DNA of 63,716 nt, filler included, from Asterionella formosa (taxonomy: Eukaryota): assembly GCA_002256025.1 (NCBI GenBank). It is 7 parts of 7 records of this genome, joined end to end, with 100 filler letters (N's around TTAATTAATTAA, not from the genome) between each part and the next. Parts side by side here need not be neighbours in the genome. Positions count along the whole stretch, not along the records: positions 19,552 to 39,002 come from NKIB01003680.1; 6 more parts are not named here. The stretch is one strand, 5' to 3'. The notes beneath the pieces were generated by a model. The model was not told the DNA's origin, searched no databases, and saw only the letters and a program-made list of their open reading frames with translations. Position numbers and translations under genes: made by a program. Of the stretch, positions 23,457 to 35,958 are shown in pieces (position 1 is the first letter of the stretch; every line of letters starts with the position of its first letter).

Positions 23457-25334
23457 ATGGACGAGTCGGAGGGAGAATACTGCAAGAGCAGAATGACGAC
23501 CATTTCTGATTATCAAGCAGTAGGAGATGATTTCAAACAAGGTCACGAAACTGAGTCTCTGGGAATAAAGCAAATGGCTTCCAAGTGCACCAAGGTGTTT
23601 CAATCATCAACAGAGATGTCACCAAAAACCGTAGTCGATCCCAACAAAACCCCGATTGCAACATTGTCCAAGTCTGATTCAATTCGAAGGACTCTTCGAG
23701 AGAGGGAAAAGAGATTAAGCGCTTTGGTGAAAGAAAGCAGCTGGCGTTTGAACAGTGTAAGCGATGGGGTCCCTCCAGAAATGCCGATGACTGATTCGAT
23801 TGAATCTGGTTTTATTCCGGACAAATTACCGCCCATGATATTTGAAGGTAAAGAAGAATCGGATCGAAATGAAGCCATGAAAACCTTATCTAAAGCTATT
23901 TTGACTTTAAAAGGGAGACTCGAACAAGAGAAATCGAAAACATACGAATTGAAGAAAGAGGTCGCTGCCAGGAAGCTGTCATTTCAACGGAAGGGGATAG
24001 AAGCTCTGGGCCTTGTATCCGAGACGAGAAAGTTGAAGGAAACAAACGAAAAATTAGAGGAGGAAATGGTACATTTGAAAGAACAGTTGGAGGAACATCA
24101 AGCTGTGGTGAAGAACATTCAAGCTGAAAATTTTATGTTTAAGCGAGAGGAAGTGTCTCTTCGGGGCCAGCTTGTCGTTGCCAGACAAAAAATTCAAAGT
24201 GACTCTACTTCCCAGAGAGAACATCTTGATTTCTTAGAATACGAAGTTCTGTCCAAGAACGAGAAAATTGACAACTTGAAGCAGGAACTGAACGAAAGAC
24301 TTAAGCGGATTGTTGAGCTAGAGGTGGCGCTAGAGACTCACAGCCATCGCTACCACGAATCATTTATGGAATGGGTTAGAAATGATGGAGCCATGAGTTA
24401 TGGAAACGTAGATACCGGTGCAGCTTTGATGGATACACCGCTAGGTCAGGATCCACCGGAGATTTTGAAAAAACCTATCTTGACTCAGGGTATCTCTCGA
24501 TTCTTTCGTCGCTTGAAAAGCAAGAATAAAATCGGAAGAAATCAACAATTCTTTTTTCGCACAGCTGCACCAGGCAACCTTGAAATCCGCTTGCGAAGTG
24601 AAATAGCAAGCTTGGAATCCAGATACATTCGCGATCAGTTCGCTGCCAAGATTAAGATAGAGGAGTTGAAACAAGAAAACAGCGAATATCGGATCCAGAT
24701 TCTTTCTACTTTAGAGCTTGCGTCTACCCAGCAAGTTGGACCCATGAATGCTGGATCCTCTCACCCGATCTCAAGTCTCCCCTCCCGTACACGCTTTCTT
24801 GAAGAAAAGGTCGCGTCCCTCGAGAACGAGCGAACACTTCAGTCTCGATTAAATGAAAATCTCAAAACTGAAATAGTTCGGCTTGAGGTCAACTCCAAGA
24901 AGCAGTCACAGCTAAATGAAGAAGTGTTGCAAAACCTTCGCCTCGATAACGAAGTGAAAGATGTCAAGTTGTCAAGCTTTGAACATGAACTAAGAACGAC
25001 CACAGAAAAGTCATCAGACTTCTCAAATTATATCATGCAGTGCAATACAATTTCTGGGCTAGAGGCAAAGCTTCGAGAGAGCTTCACGGAAAAATTACGT
25101 CTGCATCGGGAGGGCGAAGTCAAAGACATGACGATTAATGCACTTCGCCAAGACATTGTGGGACTTCGAATACAGTTGTTTAAAAACCAAGACGAAATTA
25201 CACATTCCGGACAAGAGGTTGTAAATCAAGGACTAACTTATCGGGATATGGATACGATGCAATCTGGTGTCTGTAACCATATGGAATTTCAGGCCTTGCC
25301 TGCCGTTAAGCTGTTACATGTTCATAATGAGTGA
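23457..25334 (+). CDS. Long coiled-coil protein of unknown function (625 aa)
   Basis: Intact ORF with an E/K/L heptad pattern over most of its length. Confidence 0.85.
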   Translation: MDESEGEYCKSRMTTISDYQAVGDDFKQGHETESLGIKQMASKCTKVFQSSTEMSPKTVVDPNKTPIATLSKSDSIRRTLREREKRLSALVKESSWRLNSVSDGVPPEMPMTDSIESGFIPDKLPPMIFEGKEESDRNEAMKTLSKAILTLKGRLEQEKSKTYELKKEVAARKLSFQRKGIEALGLVSETRKLKETNEKLEEEMVHLKEQLEEHQAVVKNIQAENFMFKREEVSLRGQLVVARQKIQSDSTSQREHLDFLEYEVLSKNEKIDNLKQELNERLKRIVELEVALETHSHRYHESFMEWVRNDGAMSYGNVDTGAALMDTPLGQDPPEILKKPILTQGISRFFRRLKSKNKIGRNQQFFFRTAAPGNLEIRLRSEIASLESRYIRDQFAAKIKIEELKQENSEYRIQILSTLELASTQQVGPMNAGSSHPISSLPSRTRFLEEKVASLENERTLQSRLNENLKTEIVRLEVNSKKQSQLNEEVLQNLRLDNEVKDVKLSSFEHELRTTTEKSSDFSNYIMQCNTISGLEAKLRESFTEKLRLHREGEVKDMTINALRQDIVGLRIQLFKNQDEITHSGQEVVNQGLTYRDMDTMQSGVCNHMEFQALPAVKLLHVHNE

Positions 25335-25513
25335 TAACCTGCGTTTAGGTAAGCGATAATTGGAGTGAGTTTATTTAAGATTCAGCGAGTCAGTTTATTT
25401 ACAGTAAGCTACAAACAAAATTGTTAGCAAGAGAATCAATGCTAAGTTAAAAGATGTCATAATGGATTATATTGTATACGTCGCTATTCAATGGCACTTA
25501 TCATCATGCTGTG

Positions 25514-26539
25514 TCACTCGAAATGGTCTTCTACCTTGGTCAGGACCACTGTTTTCATTCCTGTATCCACCTCGACTGATGTCATGGCTCCCGCTTCCAT
25601 CTCCGCTGCCGCCAAAGCCTCAAGATCTTCCTTTGCCTTCGCAGCTTCTTTTGCTTCGAGAGTTGCCTCGGCCTTCGCATGTGCAGTAGAAGCTGCAGCT
25701 TCCCTTTGAACAACTTGCAAGTTCTCGCTTAGCTGCTGAATTGTCTGGCTTTGTATCTCATGCGTCTGCGTCAATTTCTCCAAACGACTCTCGGCTTCCT
25801 CTAATTCCTTCTTCAAATCAACATCGGTTCCTTCGGAAGCAGCCCGATTCTTAAGGCGTTCCATCTCCTGTTGATTCTTCTTGATTTGCTCATCATAGTC
25901 CCTCTGCATGTCCTCCTTTTGTTCTTCCAACAAATCCAACTGTTTGCGCAACTCAAGTTCTGTACGACAACGGTCTTCCACAATCTCGGTAATTTCTGAC
26001 TTTAAAGACGTAACAACTTCATTGCAGGACTGCTCGACCAGTTCCATCTGTTGAGAAGTTGCCTCCATCTTCTTAACGGCCTTCGCCAACTGTGCCTGCA
26101 ATTTCATAACGTACTGGCTATCCACACCAGACTTCGGGGCGACGCCCTTGATCAGGTTAGCATACTCATGAATGGCTTCCTTGTCTTGCATATCTCTTTC
26201 AAGCGCTTCGAGGCGCTCTTCCATAGCCAGAGTCTGTCGCTGCAAACGGTCTGCTTCGAGTCGATGCAAAATGGCTTCTTCCATTTGCTTCAAGCGTTCT
26301 TCTTCGAGTTCCTTTTGAAGGGCAGCGAGTTCCTGTTCCTTCTCTAGGCGTTTCTTCTCCATTCCACTAATGGTCGAATCGCGAGATCTGATTGTCTTTT
26401 CAAGAGTGTTTCGTGACAGGTCTTCCTCGTCGTCATCTGCCCCAGCGAAGGCGCTAGGGCGGATGTCGCCTTGCGAAGTACCTGCTGTAGTTGTGGGCCG
26501 ATTAGAAGATCGAGTGAAGTTTGATATCTGGCGAATCAT
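25514..26539 (-). CDS. Coiled-coil protein, paralogue of 33724-34572
   Basis: Intact ORF with first ATG at 26539 in AACAACATG context. Motif IHEYANLIKGVAPKSGVDSQYVMKLQAQLAKA. Confidence 0.88.
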   Translation of the reverse strand: MIRQISNFTRSSNRPTTTAGTSQGDIRPSAFAGADDDEEDLSRNTLEKTIRSRDSTISGMEKKRLEKEQELAALQKELEEERLKQMEEAILHRLEADRLQRQTLAMEERLEALERDMQDKEAIHEYANLIKGVAPKSGVDSQYVMKLQAQLAKAVKKMEATSQQMELVEQSCNEVVTSLKSEITEIVEDRCRTELELRKQLDLLEEQKEDMQRDYDEQIKKNQQEMERLKNRAASEGTDVDLKKELEEAESRLEKLTQTHEIQSQTIQQLSENLQVVQREAAASTAHAKAEATLEAKEAAKAKEDLEALAAAEMEAGAMTSVEVDTGMKTVVLTKVEDHFE

Positions 26540-27009
26540 GTTGTTGTTGATTGGCGTACTTGTGAGCGATCGTAATAGGGCTTTGTGTGTACCTGATGGT
26601 GCCCTGATACCAAACACTTCAGCCTTGTTTGTCAATGATCAGCCAACCGAAATGAAGATGACTGCGGGAGTACAGCGACTGATATTCTCTAACGACTTCA
26701 AATACTCCTAAATACCACAAAACTTCGTGTTATTTCTGTGTGTATAGTGTCGATTATAGCTACTAGGAATGTTGCATGTACGTAGTGCATACAGTTGGAG
26801 CTATGTTTTTTCAGTACCAGTACCCACGATGGCACATTCAAACACGACATGTTAATCTCCGCCAATTGCAGGCTCCCAGATCCTTGGAAAAAACCAATAC
26901 TTGATGGAACAAGCGGAATCAAAGTACTGAAGCCAAGAGATATTCTGATGCTAGTATTGGAACTTGACGATGCTGGTGGCAATGCTGAAGGAGGTCTTGG
27001 CATGCATCT

Positions 27010-28460
27010 GCTGCATTGGACTTGACTCAATTTTAAATCTAAAAAGGAGCTCAAAATTTTGTTAATACAAAATTGAAGAACAGTTATTTCCAACTGAGAC
27101 ATATCCTCATGAGAATTTGTCATTGTCACTTGAGGCCAAACTGTTCCAAGATGAAAGTATGTTGACTTGGTTGGTGGGTCAGATGTAACAGATAACAAAA
27201 CGTTTGTTTGATCTGTTGCTACCACCTGACGTTTTAAAACATTCCAGGACTCCATCTCCAAACGGAATTGTGCCCGGTTGCCAAGAAATTTGGTTTTGCC
27301 ATTTCTTTTTAGTTTCAATAGAGTTTCCAATACTTTCACAATTGTAAATGGTCCACATGACCATCTGCTGTCATCTTCTGGTTGAAATAACATGGAATCA
27401 TGTTCAGTGGCCATCAGGACAAGCGATCTGCAATGGTGCTTTGGTGCCAGTATAGAAAGATTCTGATAAACCAATTTCTTCAGGTGTTTGGTATTCTTGT
27501 GGAAGATATCCTGTATCAGTGCATAACAATTCCAATTGTTTGGTGCATCCAGGGATGATGCAGTACCAGTACTTACGGGCAAGATGAAATAATTGATCCA
27601 AATGTTCATCCAAACTTGCATCTTTTCCAGGATCACAGACTTGACATAATCCATCATTTATAGCAAAAAGATAATGCACAAAATGGTTGTTTTCCTCCTC
27701 ATCTAATCTTTTGCAATAGACAATTAGCACATAGTTACTGTCATGATGAAGTGGATGACAATCACCTTGGTATATATAGTTTGTTATTACCCTTTTCTGG
27801 CTTCTCCTCCAGATCAAATATAACCTTATATAACCTATACATCAGTTGGATGAAGTTCATGAATTATATAATGGATCATAGAGCAAGGTAATTGTTTCAA
27901 GGTCCCAACATGCAAGATCTTTAAAATCTGAAGATGATTTTTTGATACCTTTGACTCCATAAAATACAGAGGTGTAATTGCATATTTCTTGTGGGGTACA
28001 TGTGTACAAATCTTTCCACAATTTTAGTTGTCCATGCGTTTTCGGCAAACTCAAGGAAAATGCAGTTTGCTTTGGCATAATAACTCTACACATTTCACAA
28101 ACCGACTCTTCACAAAAGTAGCTAGCTGCCTTCGGGATTGTTCTCAATGATTTTACATAGAAATTCTTTTTCTTCCATGTATGATTTGGAAAAAAATTCA
28201 ATGTTGTGCTTCAAAATTTGTTCCCCATTCAGTGCATCAACTGCCTTGTTGATTAGCCAACATCACATCTCTGTCAGCATTGATCCTCTTGAATTCTTGG
28301 TCTTGATCTAACGCAGAATTTTTCTTGAATATGATCTTTTCTTTTAGAAATGCAATAGTTTCTCTGCTTTCATGATGTTAACCTTGATGTTCTGGACAAG
28401 TAGTGAGATACATTTCTTGGTTTTGCAACTTTTCAACCATTTCAACTTCAGAAGTGATGT
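27010..28460 (-). pseudogene. Decayed ORF with Ulp1/C48-peptidase-like motifs, probably transposon-borne
   Basis: NNHFVHYLFAINDGLCQVCDP followed, after a frameshift, by FQPEDDSRWSCGPF, giving the catalytic order H-D-Q-C. Confidence 0.4.
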
Positions 28461-28467
28461 CTCCCAC

Positions 28468-29279
28468 ATGGTCCATTACACTTTTTGCATAAAAGTGTCC
28501 GAAAATGCATAATGAGTTAATCAGGGAAACTTGGAATTACTTTTTTGAACTAAATTTGTAGCAAATCAATATTAATTTCTATCAATGATAGAAACTTTTC
28601 CTAGCCAAATTTTCAATGACTCTTTTTACTTAGTATATTGAAAATCGAAAAATAAAATAAATTTTTACTACTGTACATTTTGTCAAGAAATCGGATGTAT
28701 AGTGTATCAGATGTACTTACGTTTTCGACATAGAACACATCATACACAAAACAAACCTTGTATATACTTTGTACATTCCGGATATATAGCGTTACATATT
28801 ATACATGCTTAGCATACATACTACTGGGTACTACCAGTATTTGCATGTGTTTTTGTACAGCTGCCTGTGGTATGGGGTTGATGAGACAGCAACTCCATCT
28901 TGACCTTGACGAAATTACGGATTTGAATATCTTCACGAATATTGACAATTAACAATTCCTATTTCGCAAATGTATGAACACTAACATAGACAAGATTATC
29001 GTTGAATAATCAAATTTTTGCACTAGTATTGACAACAAAATGTCGAAATCAGCTCTGAACGTTGTTTTTGGTCGTCATTTGCTCAGTTTTGAAGATGGGA
29101 CCAAAACGAGACACGGTTGAGTCCGCAGTGATTAGCTTGATAACTTTGACTAGATAAGGTTTTCTATGTTTTGTAAAAATAGATGAGAAAACTTGAGCGA
29201 CAATATTCTTGGAAAGGGCACAACATTTCAAGATGCAAGAAATACCTCAACGTCAATTTTGTCGTGACTTTCATGTAGC
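28468..29279 (+). mobile_element. One end of the long-TIR DNA transposon family, copy 2
   Basis: Colinear with 5489-6278. Similarity stops at the same point (..TTTCATGTA). Confidence 0.75.
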
Positions 29280-29437
29280 TCCGGCTCCAGTTCACTACTA
29301 CTCCCATCCGCCTCAAACACCTCGACACATATACACCAGTTCTGGTCCGCCGCCCGTCTGTGAATAGATTTTCCATTAGATCTAACGTTTTACTCAGCAT
29401 ACGTTGAAAAACTGATTGATCATTCAAATATTTTGAC

Positions 29438-29780
29438 ATGTTGATGATAATTTTGATAAATCAACGGCAGTGTCTGTATGATCAATCAAATATGAACATG
29501 AGGATAGTAGCATACACATGTTAGGTTATGCGTATATAAGAACTCGTATATATTAGTCACCAAATCTAATCGGTTAAACAAAATTGTTGATGTATTGATC
29601 AAATGTTGTGTTATGTTGATGATAATTTTGATATAGCAATGATCGTGTTGGTGTGGTCAATCAAATTTTTTGTCAGATTATTTTCTTACACACGTCAGGT
29701 TACGCATAGATAGAATTCATATATATTATTGATCAAAACTAATATGCTAACCAAATGCTTTGATATATTGATACGTTGTT
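29438..29780. repeat. Diverged tandem duplication, period ~175 bp
   Basis: ATGTTGATGATAATTTTGATA at 29438 and 29613, with colinear downstream sequence. Confidence 0.75.
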
Positions 29781-32073
29781 TGATTGATCAATAGCTGTTG
29801 CTCTTTGATCATTTATTGTTTTAGCGAAGGTTATGACTTTACACAGATCACCTTACATGTATGTAAACCTTGTACCCAACGATGCCATCAGAATGAATTC
29901 TGTGCAACAACGGTGCGCTCCTTATTGCCATTCCGATTTGAATGCTCTACCGGTACATGCTTTGATCCAATTCTTGTACCGGTAGTATTCGTCATTATCT
30001 CTCCATTTGCATATCAGTAATCGAATTTCTTACAAGCCTTGTGCGTTTATTGAACAATCCCTTACAAGCTACCTTCTTGCAGGGACGAAGATGATCTCAG
30101 TCTTATAACAAATGATATGGTCTCGATATTGATGGGGAATTATGCTGGCGAGGTTTGATTGTTTGTTTGTTACTCGAAATCAAAAGCTTTGGTCAATTTA
30201 TACGACAGAATTGGAGAACGATGCATTGAAGGCCATACCCGATTCCAATTCCAACCGAAATCAAGAAGATTTTCCCTTTTGATCATAATTCGCCCATTGC
30301 GAACATCGATCCGTATTTCGAATCTGCTCTTCAAGATGAGATGTGAATCAAAGTGAAGATGGACCAGATGGCGGCGCAGTTTGTTGCTCATGGCCTTAAT
30401 CATGGGTCTTCCAATCTCATTGACTAGTAGCTATTGGCGAGCACATTTGTATGCTGCAGAATTAGAGCCGCAACATCACTAATCAGGAAGTAGCTTCATT
30501 TCATTCAGGAAAAAGTAGCATCACATGAACCTTGAATAGCAGGGGGTTCGAAATAACAATTGTAACTTTGCCTAATAACATTGTACCATCACATTGTTTT
30601 AAGAAATCTCTTTATCGGCAACATCAGAGGCACTATATAGGACAGCCAAACCCCATTGCCACACATATACTTTCCACAAAGTGACCGCTTTATAAATATA
30701 GCTTATATATACGTAGTGTAGCTTGTCCCACACATATGTTCTTGCCACTCCGACGAAGTGTAAAATATTTATGAGGGTACCAGAACCATTATTCAATCAA
30801 TAGCTGTTTCCAATGTCTTACAGCAACAATGATGGTTGTCGAAATGAGTCCAATGATGTTGATAAACTTCTCCGTTATTGGGGTGTTTCAAATGATCCCT
30901 GTATTGGTGCTGGTATTGATACAGAAGAAAAGAGGAACAAGCTTCTGTGCACCATTACAGCCACATTTTAGAAACATCGCCAAAATTGGGAAACTCTTTT
31001 TCCTGACAAGCCGATGGAATTCGTCATACCTGTCAATCCAAGAAAAGATCACCGACGTTGTGTATTCTCCGTTTATGCATTGACACAGGCGAGTGAAGAC
31101 GAAATAGTTGATGCCAGTTCATCTTCTCCCAATACCATTCCAAGAAGTAAAGATTGTGTTGCTTGTATGCCCGTGGTAGATCTTATTTCTACTTCCTCAG
31201 AGCGTCTAATTGAGTCTATCGAATCTAATAGACTTGATACAAAATCTCCCCATTACAAAGCAAAAGCAAAATGTAAATTAAAGACAACTCCAGGCATGGT
31301 TGCCAACCCGGAAGAAGCAGTCCATGACTTGTCACCAAAGAGTTCCGAAATTGTAGGAGTGATAGGGAAAGTAAATAAAGAACAGGTCAAGGAGGAAAGA
31401 AATTTGTCCCATTTATCCAGTAAGGAGTTAGAAATATTGAAACAGGACATGGTTGCCAGTCTGAATGTAGTTCATGGGTGCATTTGGTGGGATATTGTCT
31501 TCTTTCTGATGTAGTCTAAAATCTCGAGGAAAGTGAGTTTTCCATAAAATCATCGCTGGTCCTATATGTTTCCGAAATTTCCTTGAAGTTTCAAATGATG
31601 CTTTGTTTAACAAGCCAGACTCTAGGACCACATAGAAGTTGAGAACAAAATCCAGGACACTTTCATCTAGTCTCTTTTTGTCATCTAGTCTCCTCTCCTT
31701 GCCTTTGTCATCATGATCAAAGTATCTAACCAGTAAGAGTAGTTCCTTACTCTTCTGTTGTCTCTTTAACAGACAACATGAATTACGCCATAGAAACACG
31801 TTTTTCCTGATTGAAAAATCTGCGATCGGTATCCCCTTCACAACCAAGATTGTTCCATTCCTTGTAGCAATCGGAACATTTGCCATTCCAGATAACAAGT
31901 GATATATGGCACTATCGATAGCGTGCAAATGTCAAGTCTTCAAGAAAAACGTGACTGTAACAGAACAAGGAAGCAGAAAAGGATAATGGTCTGTCAACTA
32001 TAGAATTAGACAGTGGGCAAGTGCTGGATCAGAAGCGATGCAGCACCGACATTCTCAGTAATAGACATTAGAT

Positions 32074-32335
32074 TGGTAGCGCAAAGCTACAGTTTCATAG
32101 TACCTGGTACCAGTGTAGTAATAGGTACAGTTTCACTGTAGCCACATCATGTTCCGACCGTGTATTGAGACAAAGGAAAGAAGGGAATGCTGGTAGGGCA
32201 AACCTACAGTTTCACAGTATCCACGTCATGTTCCGACCGGGTATTGAGACAAGGAGAAGTAGGGACTTCTGGTATGGCAAACCTACAGTTTTACAGTACC
32301 AGCGTAGTAATAGGTACAGTTTCACAGTACCGGTA
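32074..32335. repeat. Complex short tandem repeat (~80-120 bp units)
   Basis: Recurrent GCAAA(G/C)CTACAGTTT, CATGTTCCGACCG(T/G)GTATTGAGACAA and GTAGTAATAGGTACAGTTTCAC. Confidence 0.75.
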
Positions 32336-33723
32336 TTCGAATTCCTGTTAAGTCTTGGATATATTATCTAATCATACATACTGGTAGGGCATTAAATGTT
32401 CCTTCAAAAATGTTACTAGACATACAGAGATGTATGTTATACACACTTTTTGAAGAAGAGGAAATTTTGAGATATTGTTAAAAAATTCATGCCGGTAATG
32501 CATTCTATTCCACATAAAAACTGATGAGGGAATGGTGATAGAGAGCCTTCTTCCGGTATCAAACCAACCGGTGGGTAGAGGTAAGTTATATGATTGTTTT
32601 GCTTCTCAACTGTGGCTACCAAGGGGCTTATGATCAGTACCGTGTGAGACCGGAAGCAAACTATAAAATTTTATTGCTGTTCGTGTGCCCTGCTACCACT
32701 CAAAAGTTTCTACACTTCCTCAGGAAAAACGATTAAATCAACCTAATTACGAGGTTAGAAACCGCACTTAATATCTTTGTGCACAATGCTGCAGAGGGTT
32801 TGTAGTGTCTGTGTCCAATAATTTGGACTTCAACCTTAATAACATCTTTCCCTTCCATATATGCAGATGTGAGGAATAACAACGCTACCTGTCACCCATC
32901 AATCAACAGTGAGAGCATAGGTAATTTACTATACTCTCATTTGATGCTCGTTATGTCGATTGGAACATGAAGTTACTATAGAGATTGTTTATGTCATCAG
33001 TTTGTGGCACATGTGTGGCTGGTGATGCTTTAATCGTTGCAACACTTTTGCTAACATAGGAACCTTGGAGAATGTGGCTTGCTACCATTCTTAATGGAAG
33101 CAACAATCAACCATGAGAGCACAGGTGATTAATATGCTCATTGCCTGCTCATACGGAAATTGGAGTGATGGATTGTTCATGTGATCGCTTCGTTGCACAT
33201 ATCTTCGTTTAGATGCCTTGCTTACTTGATGCAACAGTTTTGCTAACATTGTTGTAATTATATCTTACAGGCATCTTCTCATTGCTTACCTTTTTTGTTT
33301 ATGATTCAATCATGAAATCATACTTTGATTGCAAAAAACATGATAATCAATTTTTTTACATCCATATGTTACAATCATTTTTGTGTGAATTTTTCGATGG
33401 TCAAAAATTTACTCTTCTCCATGGTGTACTTTGACCAATTGAAAAAACCAACATTTACCGTTATTCTGGCTGTCATGCTAAAATCGGCAATTTTAATGCC
33501 GAAAAATTCGATGTGCCCCATATTGCCCCTAAATAAAAATTACTTAGAGCCTACAAATTACTTTAGAAGTACCCGAATGGCAAAACGATAGCTAGAGCGG
33601 GAATTGCTTGAACAGTGCAGCGCCGCTTGCAGCCCGACGATAATCACCTGATGCTGCAACAACACACGCACCGCACTACTGCTTCCATATCGCAGCAACT
33701 AAAGAGTGTAATCCAAACTCAGA

Positions 33724-34572
33724 ATGGCAAATCAACGTCGGGACTCCTCTATGGAGGAAGATCTTTTGCAAGACATGATTTTTGAACGTGACAAGAAGAT
33801 TATTAATCTCACCCGTATGACAGAAGCCAGGGGAACCAAGATCGCACGCATCAAATCGGAGCTTGAAGATTGCAGGTTAATGATAGCCGAATCGCGCTTG
33901 TCTTATCAACTAGAGATTGATGCATTGCTCAAGAAGCGATCTAATGCTTCACATTGCTGTCAGCAGCTGGAGCACACTGTCCGGCAACAGAATGGATCAC
34001 TTCACAACTATGCCGAAGTGCTGAAGGAAGCGGCGCCTGATTCTATCGATAGCAGTTATGTCGTCCGTATGCAAGCTCAACTTTGTAAAGCCATGCATAG
34101 CATGGGGATACTTGAGCATCAATTGGAAATTGTTAAGACTTATTGTGGCGATGTTATCAAGTTGACAAAGGAGGGGATGAATGAGATTATCGAGCAGCGC
34201 TCGCAAATGGAAGTTTCAGTCATGAATGAGTTGATGGTTATTCATGCGGGGGTTCGAGACATTGAAGACGAATTCAATTCCAAGCTTAACAGAAATCGAA
34301 AGGAAATGCAACGTCTTGAGGAGTCCTTCAAAAGCCTCGATCGCGATTCCGATGATGAAGGTGAAGATTCTAGTGACGAATCCGGCGAAGATATTGAGAT
34401 TGACGATGACCTGCTGAAGGAACTCGTTGACGAAAAGCACGAAGAAATCGCTAAACAAGAGTCAAAGAACAATTTCCAAATGATTCGCATTAAACAGCTC
34501 GAAGAAACGATAAACGCGCTACAGCTGAAGAGCACTATGCCGCCGCAGAGAGAAATTCAATCTAGTAAATAA
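33724..34572 (+). CDS. Coiled-coil protein with acidic tract, paralogue of 25514-26539
   Basis: Intact 282-aa ORF with motif LHNYAEVLKEAAPDSIDSSYVVRMQAQLCKA. Confidence 0.88.
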   Translation: MANQRRDSSMEEDLLQDMIFERDKKIINLTRMTEARGTKIARIKSELEDCRLMIAESRLSYQLEIDALLKKRSNASHCCQQLEHTVRQQNGSLHNYAEVLKEAAPDSIDSSYVVRMQAQLCKAMHSMGILEHQLEIVKTYCGDVIKLTKEGMNEIIEQRSQMEVSVMNELMVIHAGVRDIEDEFNSKLNRNRKEMQRLEESFKSLDRDSDDEGEDSSDESGEDIEIDDDLLKELVDEKHEEIAKQESKNNFQMIRIKQLEETINALQLKSTMPPQREIQSSK

Positions 34573-35958
34573 TAGTTGTACTGTAATGTTTAGCTAATTT
34601 CGTTGTAAGAATATTCGTACTAAACTCATTCATCTTCGGAGTCCACTAGATCATTGATTTCTGTTCATGCTTTTTCCTACAGGGTTGAGGCTGATTGCAA
34701 ATTCGCCGCATTTTCTAATTAGTGATTTGGGCGTCACAGTGGCAATATTACTAAAAGAGTCAATGCACTGGTTTATTTCTTTTTATGATGTCATCATGGC
34801 ATGAAGTCCAGGGCTTTGTTTTTTAATGATCACACCACCAGGATTGTTCAAAACAAGGAATTTATACTCTTTCAAGATTTCATGAGGGGAAAACAGGAGA
34901 CTTGGAAATAGCTTCATAGAGCTGGACTTGACAAGTCAAAATCAAACCTACAGCTATGTGATTGGCTTTTATCCTAAAAGAAAAACTCCACTATAATATA
35001 TTTCAGTTCTTCCACATTGATACCTCTGCCAAATTCTTTCTGAAATGTAGAAAAAAATTATCTTCTTAGCTAAGACATGTATGTTTGATTCCACTTGAAA
35101 TGAACTCAGCGTAAATGTTCAGTAGTGGGAAAACCCAGTGGTTTCCAATATAGACTTGAAAGAGAATTCATATATTAACCTGAAAGGAGTTCGACTAATT
35201 GAAAAAGAGAAGTTGTAGATTTAACCTGAAAGGAGTTCGACTTAATGAAAAATAGTGTACATATCGATACTCAGCAAAGTAGGTGCTAGGCAGTGGATCG
35301 AAGGATCACGGTGAATTTAGGAGAATGTTGTTGGATAGATCTGACTCTATTGGTATTTCCAAATAAAGTGAGCTCATAAAATTAACTTTTAGCAAACCAA
35401 ACAAACAAAACTAAGATATATGAGTAAATCGACTCATGTTCATGACAAGACTCAAAGATTGATTCATATATGAGTAAAGATTGATTCATGTTCATGAATA
35501 GACCCAAAAAGGTCATGACTGGGCTGATTTTGGAGATACAAACAAGATTCATTTACTTGTCTGTTTCAACTTATAGATTGGAGTTCATTATGCAGTTTCA
35601 TCATCTGCATGACGATAGCCACATAAGCAAACAATTTCTTACAACTAGATGATGGTCGTGTGTGGTGTTGGCATTTCAGTTGTTTTGTATTTGTTTTTTG
35701 AATTCAGAATAAAATCTGTTCCTGTATTTATCAAGAGAATACGATTGATTGGTAGTTTACTGCAACCATTATGCCCTAGGGCAGATTAACAACACCTATC
35801 TCAATATTTAGCTCTATATACATACAAGTTCATTGATTATGTAGCGGTCCATTCAGTCCATAGCACCAGGCATGGATCTTCACTGGTTTTTCTTAAAACT
35901 CACCCGATGGCTTAGCATAGTTCCTGCGCTTTCATCATTGCTATCACTCAAATCGCTC

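Noticed and set aside
26698..27657. 319-aa ORF as an intact gene
   Set aside because: The motif-bearing pieces lie in different frames, so it is treated as part of a frameshifted relic.
30040..31930. Several mid-sized ORFs as genes
   Set aside because: Fragmented with no recognisable motif; probably decayed repeat sequence that I cannot classify.
35176..35250. CRISPR-like direct repeats TTAACCTGAAAGGAGTTCGACT (also repeats at 35415-35510)
   Set aside because: Only two units with similar following sequence, no cas genes and a eukaryotic context; an ordinary tandem duplication.
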